Assembly: GCA_040285825.1 (NCBI GenBank) | Contig: JAUPSS010000003.1 | Span: 1,302,001 to 1,366,000 of the forward strand | Length of the DNA: 64,000 bases | Reading direction: 5' to 3' | DNA from: Eukaryota sp. TZLM1-RC | Taxonomy: Eukaryota; Protista; Metamonada: BaSk clade | Shown: piece by piece, positions 37,606-50,856 of the stretch | Numbering within the stretch: the stretch's first letter is position 1 | How the letters are laid out: each line of letters starts with the position of its first letter | Made by a program: the position numbers and the translations under genes | Notes under the pieces: model-generated | Database searches by the model: none | Told to the model about the DNA's origin: nothing | The model's input: the letters and a program-made list of their open reading frames with translations, nothing else

Positions 37606-38880
37606 ATGAAACCATGTGAACTACCTCTTGAAGTGCCAGATTTCTACAATAAAGAACGTCTCAATGCTCTCTACAGACCATTTCGGCACTCAGACCCTGT
37701 CATGGTTCGAGACCTCACCTCCTTCTGGAGGTCAACAGTTTCCAGATACCTTCTTAAACAATGTACTTGCTCAATCAGAGTGTCCTCTTTTCAAGAAGCT
37801 TTTGACTATGAAGGGAAACGTCCCTCTTGTATACCGGAACTTGCCCAGCAGCTTTGGAAAAACAGTGAACTCTTAGAACCATGGAGATTTGCTGAATACT
37901 GCCTGTCTTCCTTCACTTCCAAAGCTATTTCTTTCTTGATCAAGTCCCCTCTTGAATGGGTAATTTCCAGAGTAAAATCTCCGTTTTCTGCTGATGATGT
38001 TCTCATCCATGTCAACACTTGTATGCAATTGTCTGATGAACTCTTTTCTTGGCTTATGGACCATTGTAGCACCAGTGTATTCTCATTACAAACATTTCGC
38101 TCAATTGTGACCACCAGCCCAGTTCTCTCCAGCAATACGTCAAAGTTAGATATCGAGGTTATTTTAATTATGCTTTTGCGCAAATTAAAACTGTTTCCTA
38201 TCTATTCAGATGATTCTGTTTTGGTCAACCTAACTCAATCAGGTTCTTTATTAAAATCTTTTGGAATTGTTGGGGTCTCTACCTCAAAATTAAAGTCTTT
38301 TTCTAATAAAGATTTGGAATCTTTGTTAAAGCTCAAGATATTGGAATTTAATTTTAAATTTAAAACTGAATCATTGTGCCATGATATTGATCATTTTTCA
38401 CAAATTTCCAAACATTTGCTTAAACAATCAAAAAAAATGGAAGCTATTTCTGTTTTAAAGAGAAAGCAACATTTATTCAAAGTTTATAAAGAAAAGGCTG
38501 GTATTTTGGAAAATTTAACTCAAATCATTACTGCAATTGAACAAGCCCATGATTCAAAGCTAATTATTTCCACCCTCAAAGAAGGAAATAGCATTATTCA
38601 AAAGATTTGTCCGTCTGCTGATGATGTGTCTGCCATAATGGATGATTGTTCTGTATCGCTAAGCTTAGTTCATGATGCTTCAGCAGTAACTTCAATGGTT
38701 GAAGACAGTGAAGTAATTGATGCTGAGTATCAGCAGTTGGAGAAGGAAATTGCGTCTTTGGCATTAGAGACCGAACCAATACCTAGCCATCGACCTCTAA
38801 TAGAAGAAGAGAAAGAAGAAGTAGTAGAAAACGAGAAGGAAGAGGCTGATGAACCAAAGACACTGGTTGAGCAACAATAA
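37606..38880 (+). CDS. CHMP7: CHMP7-like ESCRT protein (N-terminal winged-helix-like region plus Snf7 domain)
   Basis: RLNALYRPF..FW..P.C N-terminus; KMEAISVLKRK..LENL..AIEQA..LKEG..DDV..MDD..EYQQLE Snf7 pattern. Confidence 0.75.
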   Translation: MKPCELPLEVPDFYNKERLNALYRPFRHSDPVMVRDLTSFWRSTVSRYLLKQCTCSIRVSSFQEAFDYEGKRPSCIPELAQQLWKNSELLEPWRFAEYCLSSFTSKAISFLIKSPLEWVISRVKSPFSADDVLIHVNTCMQLSDELFSWLMDHCSTSVFSLQTFRSIVTTSPVLSSNTSKLDIEVILIMLLRKLKLFPIYSDDSVLVNLTQSGSLLKSFGIVGVSTSKLKSFSNKDLESLLKLKILEFNFKFKTESLCHDIDHFSQISKHLLKQSKKMEAISVLKRKQHLFKVYKEKAGILENLTQIITAIEQAHDSKLIISTLKEGNSIIQKICPSADDVSAIMDDCSVSLSLVHDASAVTSMVEDSEVIDAEYQQLEKEIASLALETEPIPSHRPLIEEEKEEVVENEKEEADEPKTLVEQQ

Positions 38881-39139
38881 AATTTCTATTTCCATTTGTG
38901 GTTGATTTACATTAAGCGTTATAGTAAATAAGGACAAGTTCATGAACACTTCATAAACGCTTTTGGAAAATGTTTTTTGATGAATAGATGCTTTATTTTT
39001 CCAAAACTTACACTCATCATTGTAAATTACAAGATGTAATATTATTGAACTTACAGGAGCCATGATTTTGAATATCCTGAATGAGTTTAATTTGAAAATG
39101 AGATACATTCAGTCAAACAATAATTCCATTATGTTGCTG

Positions 39140-39265
39140 CATACTATCCATTGGTGCCAATAATGCACCACAGCATACCATTATTGAGTCGATTCTCCAT
39201 AATGCTGGTTGGAAGGCTTGTTGGAATGTCGTTTTTCCACCAACATACACAATATAATGAATTAG
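39140..39265 (+). pseudogene. possible IS630/Tc1 DDE transposase relic
   Basis: NNAPQH..ILHNAG..VVFPPTY resembles DNAPxH..G..FLPPYSP; short and degenerate. Confidence 0.25.
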
Positions 39266-39284
39266 TAAAAGAAACTCGTTTATT

Positions 39285-39885
39285 GACACTCAGAAACAAT
39301 GTTTTTAATATGGCAAGAAATGTAAGAATCTGATGTATTAAAGGGCCTCTGCTGAGAGAAACACTGTCATTGAATAATTTTGGTTCTGATGATAGAGGTG
39401 ATGTATACTGTGATTGGATTGAGAACTCTGAAGCTCTTGTTGACTTTGTCTCCTGTAATGTTACAAATGCCACTTTAGTTTAAAGAAGAAAACTTAATCC
39501 TGTAAGTGCTCTTGAATTTAAAGTGTATGAGAAACATAGAAAATATGAGAAAGATATCGAAGAAGCTAATGTTGATAGAAATAAACCACTTGTTTTATTA
39601 CTTTTCCATTTTCTATAAACGGAAGACTATCAGTAGAAACAGGAACTTTTTTGAATGACTTCCAATAAATGGTTCAAGAAAAAACAATGAAGAGATTTAA
39701 TGTTTTTTTATGGCGGTCGCGAATTCAATTTGCTATGTTAATAGACTACCTCAGTTTTTCACCGAATAAGAGAAGCAATGGCGAGAAAACAAGCAGATCA
39801 GGATTTTGTAGAGGAAATGTTCATTCATTGCAGTTAGTCCCATTAGTTCTGATTTAAATTTATTAAGTGTTGTAGTTCAATAACA
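39285..39885 (+). mobile_element. non-LTR R1 3' part
   Basis: DRGDVYCDW, VQEKTMKRF, homologous 3' UTR. Confidence 0.85.
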
Positions 39886-41626
39886 AATACTATTGAAACT
39901 TCTATTTTGTGCAATTGATCATAACCACAAAAATTTGTGTATGTATTCAATTGGATCAAGAATGGATAATAACAATGTTGACCATCAACTTTCGGGCGGT
40001 GTTCTGAATCCAGAGGCAAAGAAGATGATTCACCCCCCGGTCCTGACCCATGCAACACCAAATTGCTATTTCGTACAGAATTTACACAAATATGTTATGG
40101 AATAGCAATGCCTTTGATGTGGGTACCGACACATGAAGAAATCAGCAATCCCGACTTCCGTCCGAGAACTATACTAGACCAACTGCTGATGAAAGGAGAT
40201 CGCCGAGTCCTGCGCCGCAACAAGTTTGATTGTTTTATAAGGCAAAAAAGAATAATGGGATTAATTGAAAAAATTAAACAAATAGCCAGTGGAAGAGAAA
40301 CTATAATTTGGTTTGGTAGTGGAGTTGATGGGCCCTCAAGACAAGCTGTGAAAACCCCAAGGAAGCGTAGTATAGTGTTTATTGAATAATTTGCTTATGT
40401 TTTATATTTTTATAGATACAAAAAACAGTGAATAAATGAATTTTATTGTTGACTGACTGATCTTTTCTCGATTGACATCCCCACCACAATGGCAAATCCA
40501 GAGTTGCTACTTCGAGGTCGTGTTCTTTCTTGGAAGTATAGCCATCCTCAAGAAAGGACAACTGTTGCTGTTGCCGCTGCCAACTTTTCCGCCGGTGTTG
40601 CAAAAGATGCAAAAGAGCCACAGTTTCGAACTTGCGAACTGTTAGCGTTTTGGGCTGTCGTCTTGCTCAGTATTATATACTGATACATCCGAACATGGCT
40701 CATTGGTTGTACCATCAACAGTTCTGGTATCAATGTCAGGATTTTGTGGTGATGGTCAATCCTCCAATCCGGTAACCCTTTGAGACCCACCGGGAAGTCT
40801 ACGAGGGTCTTTTTAATGCTTCTGACCCAATTATGTGGCCATTTTCCTCTGGGTTGTGATGAAGTAACTGGCAACTGGTGCCATTTTGACATCCGGAGCT
40901 TTTGTGTACTTCAAATGACGAACAGCTTCTGCCAAATTATGACAGATGGACCAATGCAATGGAAGTTCAACTTCTATAGAACGATGGCAGTCTTCTTTCA
41001 CTGCAAATCTCCGAAAAAATTTGCTTCTGCCGTTCTCAAAGATGCATCCGTTTCTGAGCAGCTACCTGGTTGGTACGAGCAACATCATGCTTACATTAGC
41101 GATTTGTTCGACCAACAAGTAGGTACCCCTGCTAGGTTCCAGGCCCTCTTGGAAGAAACTGACCTCCATTTGAACACTGAAACAGTGAACTTGATCTTCT
41201 TCTCCAATTTCCATGTTTTGTCGTTTTTCGAGAATACGGCGAGTGAAACAATGAATAGGCTCGCTCTGGCTTGCTCCGTATGCTACTCTCCAGGCTTCAT
41301 TTCATTCAGCCAACAACTCGAAAAACACTTTTTACGTTTAAAACCAAACCAACACATCTAACCTTTTTACAGGAAGAACCTTGCCACATATACCATTGCA
41401 TCGAATAATATGTTAGTGAGAGTAAGCTTCTCAACAGGTTCCCAAGAAAACCAAAAATCGCCGCACCACCAGACCATTCGCAAATTGTTAGAGCCAGTGA
41501 AGAACACGCTATGCCTGCCAAGAGTTGAAAGTGAAACTCGAGACTTTAAAAACAGGTTCGCCCTAGGCAACATCTAAGAACTGATGACGCCTATGAGCCT
41601 CCTACCGTTGATCCAATTGAATACTT
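39886..41626 (+). mobile_element. Fanzor family B copy with permuted order (RuvC-I..KTPRKR segment precedes the N-terminal half)
   Basis: 39890-40368 matches the reverse complement of ~17930-18385; 40368-41626 matches the reverse complement of ~18380-19660. Confidence 0.8.
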
Positions 41627-41629
41627 TGA

Positions 41630-42266
41630 TTTTGAAAAAAGCAACTGAAATGTTTTATATAATTATTTAACAAAAATGTTCTTCAACTGAACTTATTTAA
41701 ATGTTGTTTACTTTCAAAATCTCCAATTTCAACAAAAGTTTTTGGAATTGAAATTCAATCCATGTTATTTTCATCTGATGCAATTCGTCAGCTATGTTCG
41801 TTCTTAGGCAATATTGATGAAGTCTCCAAACAATTATTTGAACAATTGAATTTTATGTCGGAAAAAATTGACCAAATGATGAAATTGGATGTATAGAAAC
41901 ATATCAAATTTAGCATAATAAGACTGTGTTTCAATTCAAATTTCAACTATATATTTCAATCTATTAATCCTCTTGTCTCTAGACCGGTGGCCCAAATGTT
42001 CAATGAATTGTGTGCTAAAGTTTTGTCTCAACTGGTAGTGTGTAAAATGTTCCAAATTCCCACTTATGCACATCTTAGTCCACATTATGGCGGTTTAGGT
42101 TGGACTAAGGCTTCTATTCTTACTTCATGTGCTGTTATTGGTGGATGTAGAAATGCGATATTTGAGTTTTCTGAAAGATTTGCAGATTGGAAAGACTTAT
42201 TAGTGACAATGCAAAGTTTTACTATTTTTGCATTAAATGAAGAAATTTTAAAAATTGATAATGAAA
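41630..42266 (+). mobile_element. non-LTR R1, part upstream of the gypsy insertion (continues at 49831)
   Basis: ..KIDNE|KWNQCFPQSFN is continuous across the insertion. Confidence 0.85.
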
Positions 42267-45200
42267 TGTAGGTATCTCACTAGTGAGTACCTAAGTATAT
42301 AGAATAACATTAAATAAAATTATCTTTATCTTAACCCGCCTTAACTAACCCATACATACACAGCTAGCATAATGCCTAACGGCAACAATAATTATTGTGC
42401 GTCACAGGCACACCAAACAGCAAACAGCAACAGCGCTGTAAACGACAAAAAGATGTCTGGGTATGTCAGACATCTTTCAGAGGAGACCTTTCTAACCCTC
42501 CTCTTCACATTATTTCGAGTATAATGAGTGCTCCAACAAAGGAAACGAGTACCCCTCCTTCCTCAACGAGTTCGGATGTATTTCATCCCACTCCTGGTCA
42601 AACGAGTTTGAGTGTTTCACACTCCACTCATGGAACGTTGAGTTCGGGTGCAACCCACCTCACTCCAAATTTATTTAGTTCGGGTCAACACCCCACTATT
42701 ATTCATACGAGCAGAGATCCTCGACTCCCTCCTCCAAATCCGAGTTCGGGTCAAAACCCCACTCCTAACCTAACTCTTCCGAGGTAATCCCTCCCAACAA
42801 CAACGCCCATTCAACGGCTACCACAGCCTTGACTACGGCCAAAGTCTCGCAGGATAAAGCTCTTGCCACTAGCCCAGAGTTAGAGGCGCTTCTCGCCACT
42901 TTCTCAAAAGAAGAAAGTGAGAAACAGGAGCCAACAGACTTTGTGGAGTCTCTCCCTTCAGATACGTCCCTGTACCCAGACTTAGAAAACTGTGTTTCGG
43001 TACAAACCTTAAAGGAGACTTTAGAAGGATTCAGGGAAGATCCCCTCACCTCACAAGTCATCAAAAACTCTATAGAGCTTCTTGACAAAGAGAGTAAGGA
43101 GTTGACGGGTAGACCTGCTGAACGCAGAATAGGACTATCCCCACTAGACTCCTCTTATAAATCCATCATGTCCAAGCCTCGCGCTGACAGATTCGATTTT
43201 ATCGGAAAAAAGGCCACCCTCGACATATATTACTTTAGAATACTGTGGTTGGAGGTCATGGAGTATGGTCGAGACTTCTCTAACAATTTGGATGGAACAT
43301 ACACCTCCTCCCAGACTGGTTTAGGCCAGGTCTGGACAAAATTTATGAAGACAACAGCATATCTGGAGTGAATTATATGGTAATAAGAGAGGTTTACAAA
43401 TATTACCCATCGTCATCATATCCTGATCTCGTTGAGATGAGACCTGCATCTCAGCCGTTCAGGCTAATTTTCGTCGAACAAGGAGTCACCTTCAAACGAG
43501 ATCATGGCAACATGAAAACGACAGTCATCTCCACCTATAGGTCTCCCCCCAATCACCACAATGTCAAATTGGGGACACTTCTTGGACGTCCTCACTATCC
43601 AACCATCGGACTCATCTGTCCCAATGAAAGAATCGACCTCACATCAAACAGGTCCAGGATTGAGCAGACAAGATCTCCTCATCTCGATCAGGAACATTAG
43701 CCGGAATCCATGATCCACGTCAAGTTCTTGACCTAAATCTACAATCTGACGTTGGATACCACTATAAAACAAAGGCTGTAGACCATGATACGCTCCATGA
43801 GCCCCAGACTCGAGTTTCCAGAGACTCAAATGAAAATAGTACACTTTCTACTGGAATTCGCTCTCTGGGACAGCACAGGCAGAGGAGGAACGACAAATGT
43901 CGAGAAAATAGAAACGCCTCAAACAAGTTCAGTTCAGCAGCAGAAACAAATTGCTGACATGGTCAACAGTCTATCTCAGTTACTAGCAATACAAGGAGGT
44001 GCTACAACTGAGATACAACAACAAATAGATTCGTTAAAGTCTCAGCTTGACTCGCTTCGGACACCCAAAATTTACAGAATAGACCCCAATTTCATTAACA
44101 AAATAGGGCCACCTATTCATGCTTACGACCTTTTCAGGTCCATTCTGGCGACGACCAACCCCCTGGGAATCTCGGGTTGCATCAGTGCAAGAATCATTTC
44201 CTTCTGGAAACAACAACAGATCCTTAGCATGTTATCTACAGACGCAGAAATTTTACTGCTTCTTTGTAGGAGGAGCCAATTCAACTCGCTCCATGACGCC
44301 AAATTAGCTCTCCACAAACCCCAATTCAATTGGCGTAAGGTCAATTCAATCGAAGACGCGGAAAGGGAGTTTGCAATATACATGGAAAATTTTGGAGACA
44401 TCCTGAGAATGTCTACATACATCACTGATGTATCAGCTAGGATCGAAGATGTGGATCACTCGAGTGGAGTATTCACTCTTCCAATGTCAACAGTGGCTCA
44501 TGCCTTTTTAACAGGCATCAACAACTTGGCTTTCACTGAGCCCCTGTTCGAAGAATTCTGTAAAGAGAGCTATTGGAAGGACAAGCTAGTGAGCTTCCCC
44601 CAATTAACAAGGAAGGTGCGAAATGATTTATTATCATGGATGAAAGTTGCGCAAAATAGGGAAACGGTCCAGCTATTGAGGAAAGCTGCATCCAGACCCA
44701 AAATAGAAACAGGTGATTTTCACAACTCAGCCGGGAAAAAGAGAACAAGCCAACCAGATTCATCCATCCCCAACCTTAAAAAAGAAAAACATTACAGAGG
44801 AGGCCAAAAGTTCTGTACTTTTTGTCAGAAACCAGGCCATGTAATTGCAGAATGCGAAGATCCCAAATGCACCAGATCTCTGGTTCCACTAAATCAACGA
44901 AGAAGCGCCGGCAGAAGTAGAGGCCGAGGAAGACCATTCAGAGGTAGTTATGATAGTTTTAAAAATATTCATAGAGGCCATAGTAGAGGCCAAGGTAGAT
45001 ATAGGGGCCGAGGTGGCCGTGGTACGAGAGGAAAAAAACATCGTGCATATATGTTTTATATACACCAATCATCGCACGCTTCAGCTCCCGAATTGAGCCA
45101 TACTTATACAACTAGCCAATCGGAACATTCAGCTCAAGCATCCCTCTCAAATCCACTCTCTTTCGGTAATGATAATAAAGTAGATAAATATTTGAGTTTA

Positions 45201-48200
45201 AACAGTTCAGAAAGAGATTCATACAATCGAGCAGATGAATCTGCACCTTGTATGAACCACAACAGATCCAAGCAGCCTCAGTTCTTAGAGCTTCAGGTTA
45301 GAATCAACGATACGGTCATAAAAGGCATGATAGACACAGCTGCATTTTGTTCTGTCATTTCCCTCGACTTAGCAAATCGGTGTTCAATGTCCATAAATGA
45401 AAACGATATAACACAATTCATCCCTGCTAGCAATGTATCAACGAATTCGCTTGGGAGTGCACAAGGCATTCTGACGTTCAATGTTGGCAGCATCGCGAAC
45501 CAAGTATCAATAAACAATACTCTCCCCATTATACCAGGTTCGAACAAATTTTTAATTGGGGTAGACATGTTACAACAACTTGGGCTACTGACATCTGACC
45601 GTTTAGTTATTTTACTAGACGAAGAGCGCCGCACCCTGCTAAACGCTGAAGCCATTTTTGATAACAGAATTAAAACTCACCAAATTGGCCACGTAGAATC
45701 AACTTCTTGCAGTGAAGAAGATTTTACTCAGCAATTAGATAGATCTGGATGTGAGATTAATTTAGATGATAGTGAGTATAATAACAGTTTGTCTGATATA
45801 TTAGCTCAATACAAGGACGTGTTCAGCGAAAAGCCCAATAAAGATGGAATCGATTGTCCACCTATGACGATCCCCTTCTACAATACTAATACAATTGTAC
45901 ATAAACCAGCTCGGGGCCTCAACCCAAAGAAATTACAAATAGCCAATCAGATTTTTGATGAATTGATTGAAATGGGCTATGCAATTGAATCGAACTACAA
46001 GTTCAGTTCCCCAATAGTATTAGTGATATACCTTGATGATCGAAAACCTAGGTTGACGGGCGATTTCAGTGGTAAAGATGGAGTTAACGCGCATACAATT
46101 CCGGTCGAGTCTAACTTGCCATTAATTTCAGATGTTTTGGAATTTCTGAGTCAGGCCAACTTTATTGCCACTTTAGATCTCCCAAAAGTTTTTTGGCAAA
46201 TGAAAGTAGCCGACGAAGATGTTGAAAAGACGTCTATCTCTATTCCTGGCAGATCCATTATGTTTAAAAGGGCATGCTTCGGACTATAGAATATCCCAGC
46301 GATTTTTCAAAATGTAATGATGGAAATTTTCCAAATAAAAGGAGTATTTATTTACATCGATGATATAATCATAATAGGATCAACCCTTCAAGAATTCTTT
46401 GACAGAATACAGAGGGTACTGCAATGCGCAAGGGATAGAAGAGTCAACATTGGATTGAGAAAATGTAAATTCGTTACTGACAAACAACCAATTGACATTT
46501 TAGGCAGCACTTTCCAATTCAAACAACGAAAAATTAGCAAAAAACGAGTAGATGCTTTAATAAACATACCTGCTCCAAAAACTATCAAGGAAGTACGGTC
46601 ATTAGTTGGCTCAGTCAATTTCATAAGAGATTGGCTCCCAAATATTTCACAACTAATAGCACCCATAAATGAGCTAATCAAGCACAAACAACGTCGTGTA
46701 AATTGGGAAGCCAAACACGATCATCTATTAGATCAAATAAAACAACTGATTATTAATCACATGCCTCTGGAATTACCTTCACCAGACAAACGCATTCTGA
46801 TTAGCACCGTTGCATCTGACATCGCAGTAGGAGGAGTCATTTGGCAAGAAATCGCACCTTATGCACCCATTGGAACTGCATTAAAAGATAGAAAAGTAAC
46901 ACCAATTTCCTTTTATAGTAGGATTTTAACCGATACTCAAAGGCGTTGGTCTACTTTACAAAAAGAATTATATGCGATACTATTAATACTAACAGAAAGT
47001 CATCTGGAAAGCTTTCTCATTACTAGACACCTGACCATTTTCACAGATCACCGGAATATTGCATTCCTCGCCACGGCTCCTGAAAAGAACAGAATCGTCA
47101 AAAGATGGTTACCTATCTTATCAGAATTTGACTTTGATATCGTACACGAAACAGGAGAAGACAATCACTGGGCTGACATGATGTCAAGAAACATAGATAC
47201 AAACTTAGAAAATCCGGAAATAAATCACATCAACTACCCACATAATCCCTTTTGGCATGGTGAAATACCACCCCCTGACGACGATTCTGATTATGAAGAT
47301 CCAGATCCAATCCACATTTTTGAATTAGCAAAGCACCCAGATTTACCCATTTTTTCAAATTGGTGTTGTTGTCGAACTTAAATTGAATTAGTAGGTATCT
47401 CTGTATTTTGACTGATGACGTGATACTCGTTTATGAATCAGTTTTATTAATAAACTTAGATTTCTCTCTCTCCCCTTCGTGTGTTCATCTGCCTAACGGC
47501 ATCAATAATTATTGGCCCTTCCTATTTCAGATGACTGTTCCCTCTGTTAACCTGACGTCTCTTTCTTCCATGAAAGTTGAAAGTGTTCTTCTGTTCCTAT
47601 AGGAGTGAAAGATCTATTCTTCTGTGACTTCTAAGAAAGAGCTTGTTCCAGCAAGACTCTTGGTCGATTCTTTTCTGTTAGAGTCCCTATCTCTCCAGAA
47701 ATCCGACGTCTCTTCCAGTGACGATGTTCTTCTTAGACATCTTCAATCTGTCGTATCGTTCGCCACGTACGAAGATTTTAGTCTGGCTATGTCAGAACTG
47801 AAGCTTGATGTCCGTATTGGTGACGTCCGAGAACGTATGTCCTGTTACCTGCGACGTTTCCTCCAGGTAAAGAGTAGGGCTTCCGGACTGAAGTTACCAG
47901 ACACAGCTTTTCTGAATCGATTTGCCAGAGGAATTCTTCCCGTAGGTCTTCAACGTTCTCATACCAACGATGCACCGGAGTATTTAACAAACCCCATATC
48001 TTCCCTCTATTGAGCCAGTACTGTATTTGTCCTCAGAAAAATGGGAAAAAGTAGTGTTGTTGTCGAACTTAAATTGAATTAGTAGGTATCTTGGTATTTT
48101 GATTGATGACGTGATACTCGTTTATGAATCAGTTTTATTAATAAACTTAGATTTCTCTCTCTCCCCTTCGTGTGATTATCTGCCTAACGGCATCATTGGC

Positions 48201-49830
48201 TCTCAAAAGTTAGATCAGAGCAACAACTAGCCATTAGCAATAATGATCCATTATTCAAAAACGCTACACTATGCAAAAACACAGAAATCTGGTTAAATAA
48301 TAATAATAAAATGATAATCCCGACCAAACTAAGAAAAACGACACTCAACCTAATACACGGTTTAACCCCAATCAGGCCACCCTAGCAAAAACGAAAGTCT
48401 TCATAAACTTTCCAAAAGCGATTGCTACTGGCCAAACATGAGAAAAGATCTCATCAAACATATAGAACGTTGCCCTACTTGCCAGAAAACAGCACCAGTA
48501 AAGCAATCAAAGACTCCCACAACTGGTTCCCTGTGGGCTAATTGCCCTTTCGCAAGATTAAACGTGGATACAATTGGACCACTCAATAAAGACAACAACG
48601 ATAATCAATATTTTCTAGTTTTCGTCGATTCATTTACAAGGTACAACACTTGTATCTTTAAAAGAACTTAATGCCTTAGAAATAGCAGATGCTTTGATAT
48701 GGAACGTCTGCGCTATTTTTGGCATACCTATGTCTATACATAGTGACAATGGCTGAGTTCGCCAACGAAATATTTAATTTGCTTTGCCAAAGAATGTCAA
48801 TTGAAGTGTCTAAATCAATTCCTTACCATTCTGAAAGCAATGGATTGGTTGAAAGAAAACATCGAGATGTGATACAATGTATAAGGAAATTATTAATAGA
48901 TTACAACGACTATGATTCATGGTCCACATATGTACCTATAACTCAACTATTAATTAATTCAACCAAAAGTAGAATAACAAATCACACTCCATACGAACTG
49001 ATGTTTGGGTCATCTATCAGCCCAAGATCAGATCCTGCTAACATCCTAGGAGGCATTTTCGATTTTGAATCCAATGTACCACTTTTGCAAGACCTCAAAT
49101 TTAAGAATGAACGTCTTCAAAAAAGATGGGAAGAAGCAGAGCATCACCAACTATTAAATACACCCAGTCATACGAAAAACATAGATGAAAATACATTTAA
49201 TATTGGTGACTATATTCTTCGAAAGACTAAACAACCTAATAAATTGCATGGATCTTGGTTAGGCCCATATCTGGTTTTAGAAACCCCTTCCAACTCCACC
49301 TTATTAATAAAGAACCTGACGACTGGTGAACAAACAAAGGTATCTAAAAGGGACTGTAAAATTTATAACGCTGACGATCCTAACGATGTCGATCTACTTA
49401 GAGCAATCGCAGCCACAGATTCAGGAAAATATGTCATCGAAGAAATCCTTGACGAGTACAATACTGCTCAAGGACCCTTCTGTACTGTAAGATGGTTTGG
49501 TGGAGATACTACCGAGGAACCACTCCATTCTATCAGAAATTCAGAAGCGTATCAACGATTTAATAAGAAACCTAATAAAAGAGAACGTAAATCTGTTAAA
49601 TCCAACAACGCAGCTCGGGCTCTCCCCGTGCCTCAGCAAAAGCGTTATCCGCAAAGGAAGCGGAAGAACAACTGTAAATAATTTTAATTGAGAAAACGGG
49701 AGAAGGTAGTGTAGGTATCTCACTAGTGAGTACCTAAGTATATAGAATAACATTAAATAAAATTATCTTTATCTTAACCCGCCTTAACTAACCCATACAT
49801 ACACAGCTAGCATAATGCCTAACGGCAACA
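42267..49830 (+). mobile_element. Ty3/gypsy chromovirus-type LTR retrotransposon
   Basis: identical 121-bp TG..CA LTRs (42267-42387, 49710-49830), 4-bp TSD GAAA, PPT 49691-49709; gag CTFC..GH..EC, protease IDTAA, RT YIDD, RNase H, integrase HHCC/DTIGP/SNGLVER, chromodomain YVIEEIL..VRWFG. Confidence 0.95.
47364..48195 (+). mobile_element. nested 832-bp non-autonomous LTR element (gag remnant only)
   Basis: 141-bp LTRs 47364-47504 and 48055-48195, TSD TTGG, PPT AGAAAAATGGGAAAAAGTAG. Confidence 0.92.
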
Positions 49831-50856
49831 GAAAAATGGAATCAATGCTTTCCTCAATCATTCAATGACAATACTCCTGAACAAATTCATTTGAATTTAA
49901 AATACACACTTCAAACATTACAAAAACGAATGACCAAAATGTGTGAAGATGATTTTTTAAAACATTTATGCAGCTCTGCTGTTTTAGATCAAGATCTTCA
50001 TTCATTACTATAAGAAAAAGGTCTGTGCGATAATAAGTCATCAGGTTGATCACTATTTGTCACCATTGTGCCACGAAGGTTTGGGCAATGTGCCTATAAT
50101 GAAGCTTTTGTAACAAAAGAGAAATTATATTTGAATATCCCTATTGTCCAGCTTCTATTAAAAAAAACAAGTGTTTGTTCTAATTCATCACAGCTCACCT
50201 TACGTCATGCTCTGAATTGTTCTAAATTGATAACTTATCGTTCTTCATTACATGATGCTGTCAGGGACAATGTTTTTAATATGGCACGAACTGCAAGAAT
50301 CTGATGTGTTAAAGACCCTTTGCTTAGAGAAACATTGTCATTAAAGAAGTTTGGTTCTGATGACAGAGGTGATATTTATTGAGATTGGATTGAGAACTCT
50401 GAACTGTTGTTGACTTTGTCTCCTGTAATGTTCCAAATGACATTTTGGTTCAAAGAAGGAAATTTAATCCTGTAAAAGCTATTGAATTTAAAGTGTATGA
50501 GAAACATAGAAAATATGACAAAGATATCGAAGAAGCTAATGCTGATAGAAACAGACCACTTGCATTTATTACTTTTCCATTTTCTATAAACGGAAGACTA
50601 TCAGTAGAAACAGGAACCTTTTTGAATGATTTCTAATAAATGGTTCAAGAAAAAACAATGAAGAGATTTGATGTCTTCTTATGGCGGTCGCGAATTGAAT
50701 TTGCTATGTTAATAGACTACCTCAGTTTTTCACCGAATAAGAGAAGCAATGGCGAGAAAACAAGCAGATCAGGATTTTGTAGAGGAAATGTTCGTTCATT
50801 GCAGTTAGTCCCATTAGTTCTGATTTAAATTTATTAAGTGTTGTAGTTCAATAACA
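49831..50856 (+). mobile_element. non-LTR R1 3' part, downstream of the gypsy insertion
   Basis: RHALNC..HDAVRD, RLE motifs, 3' UTR. Confidence 0.85.
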
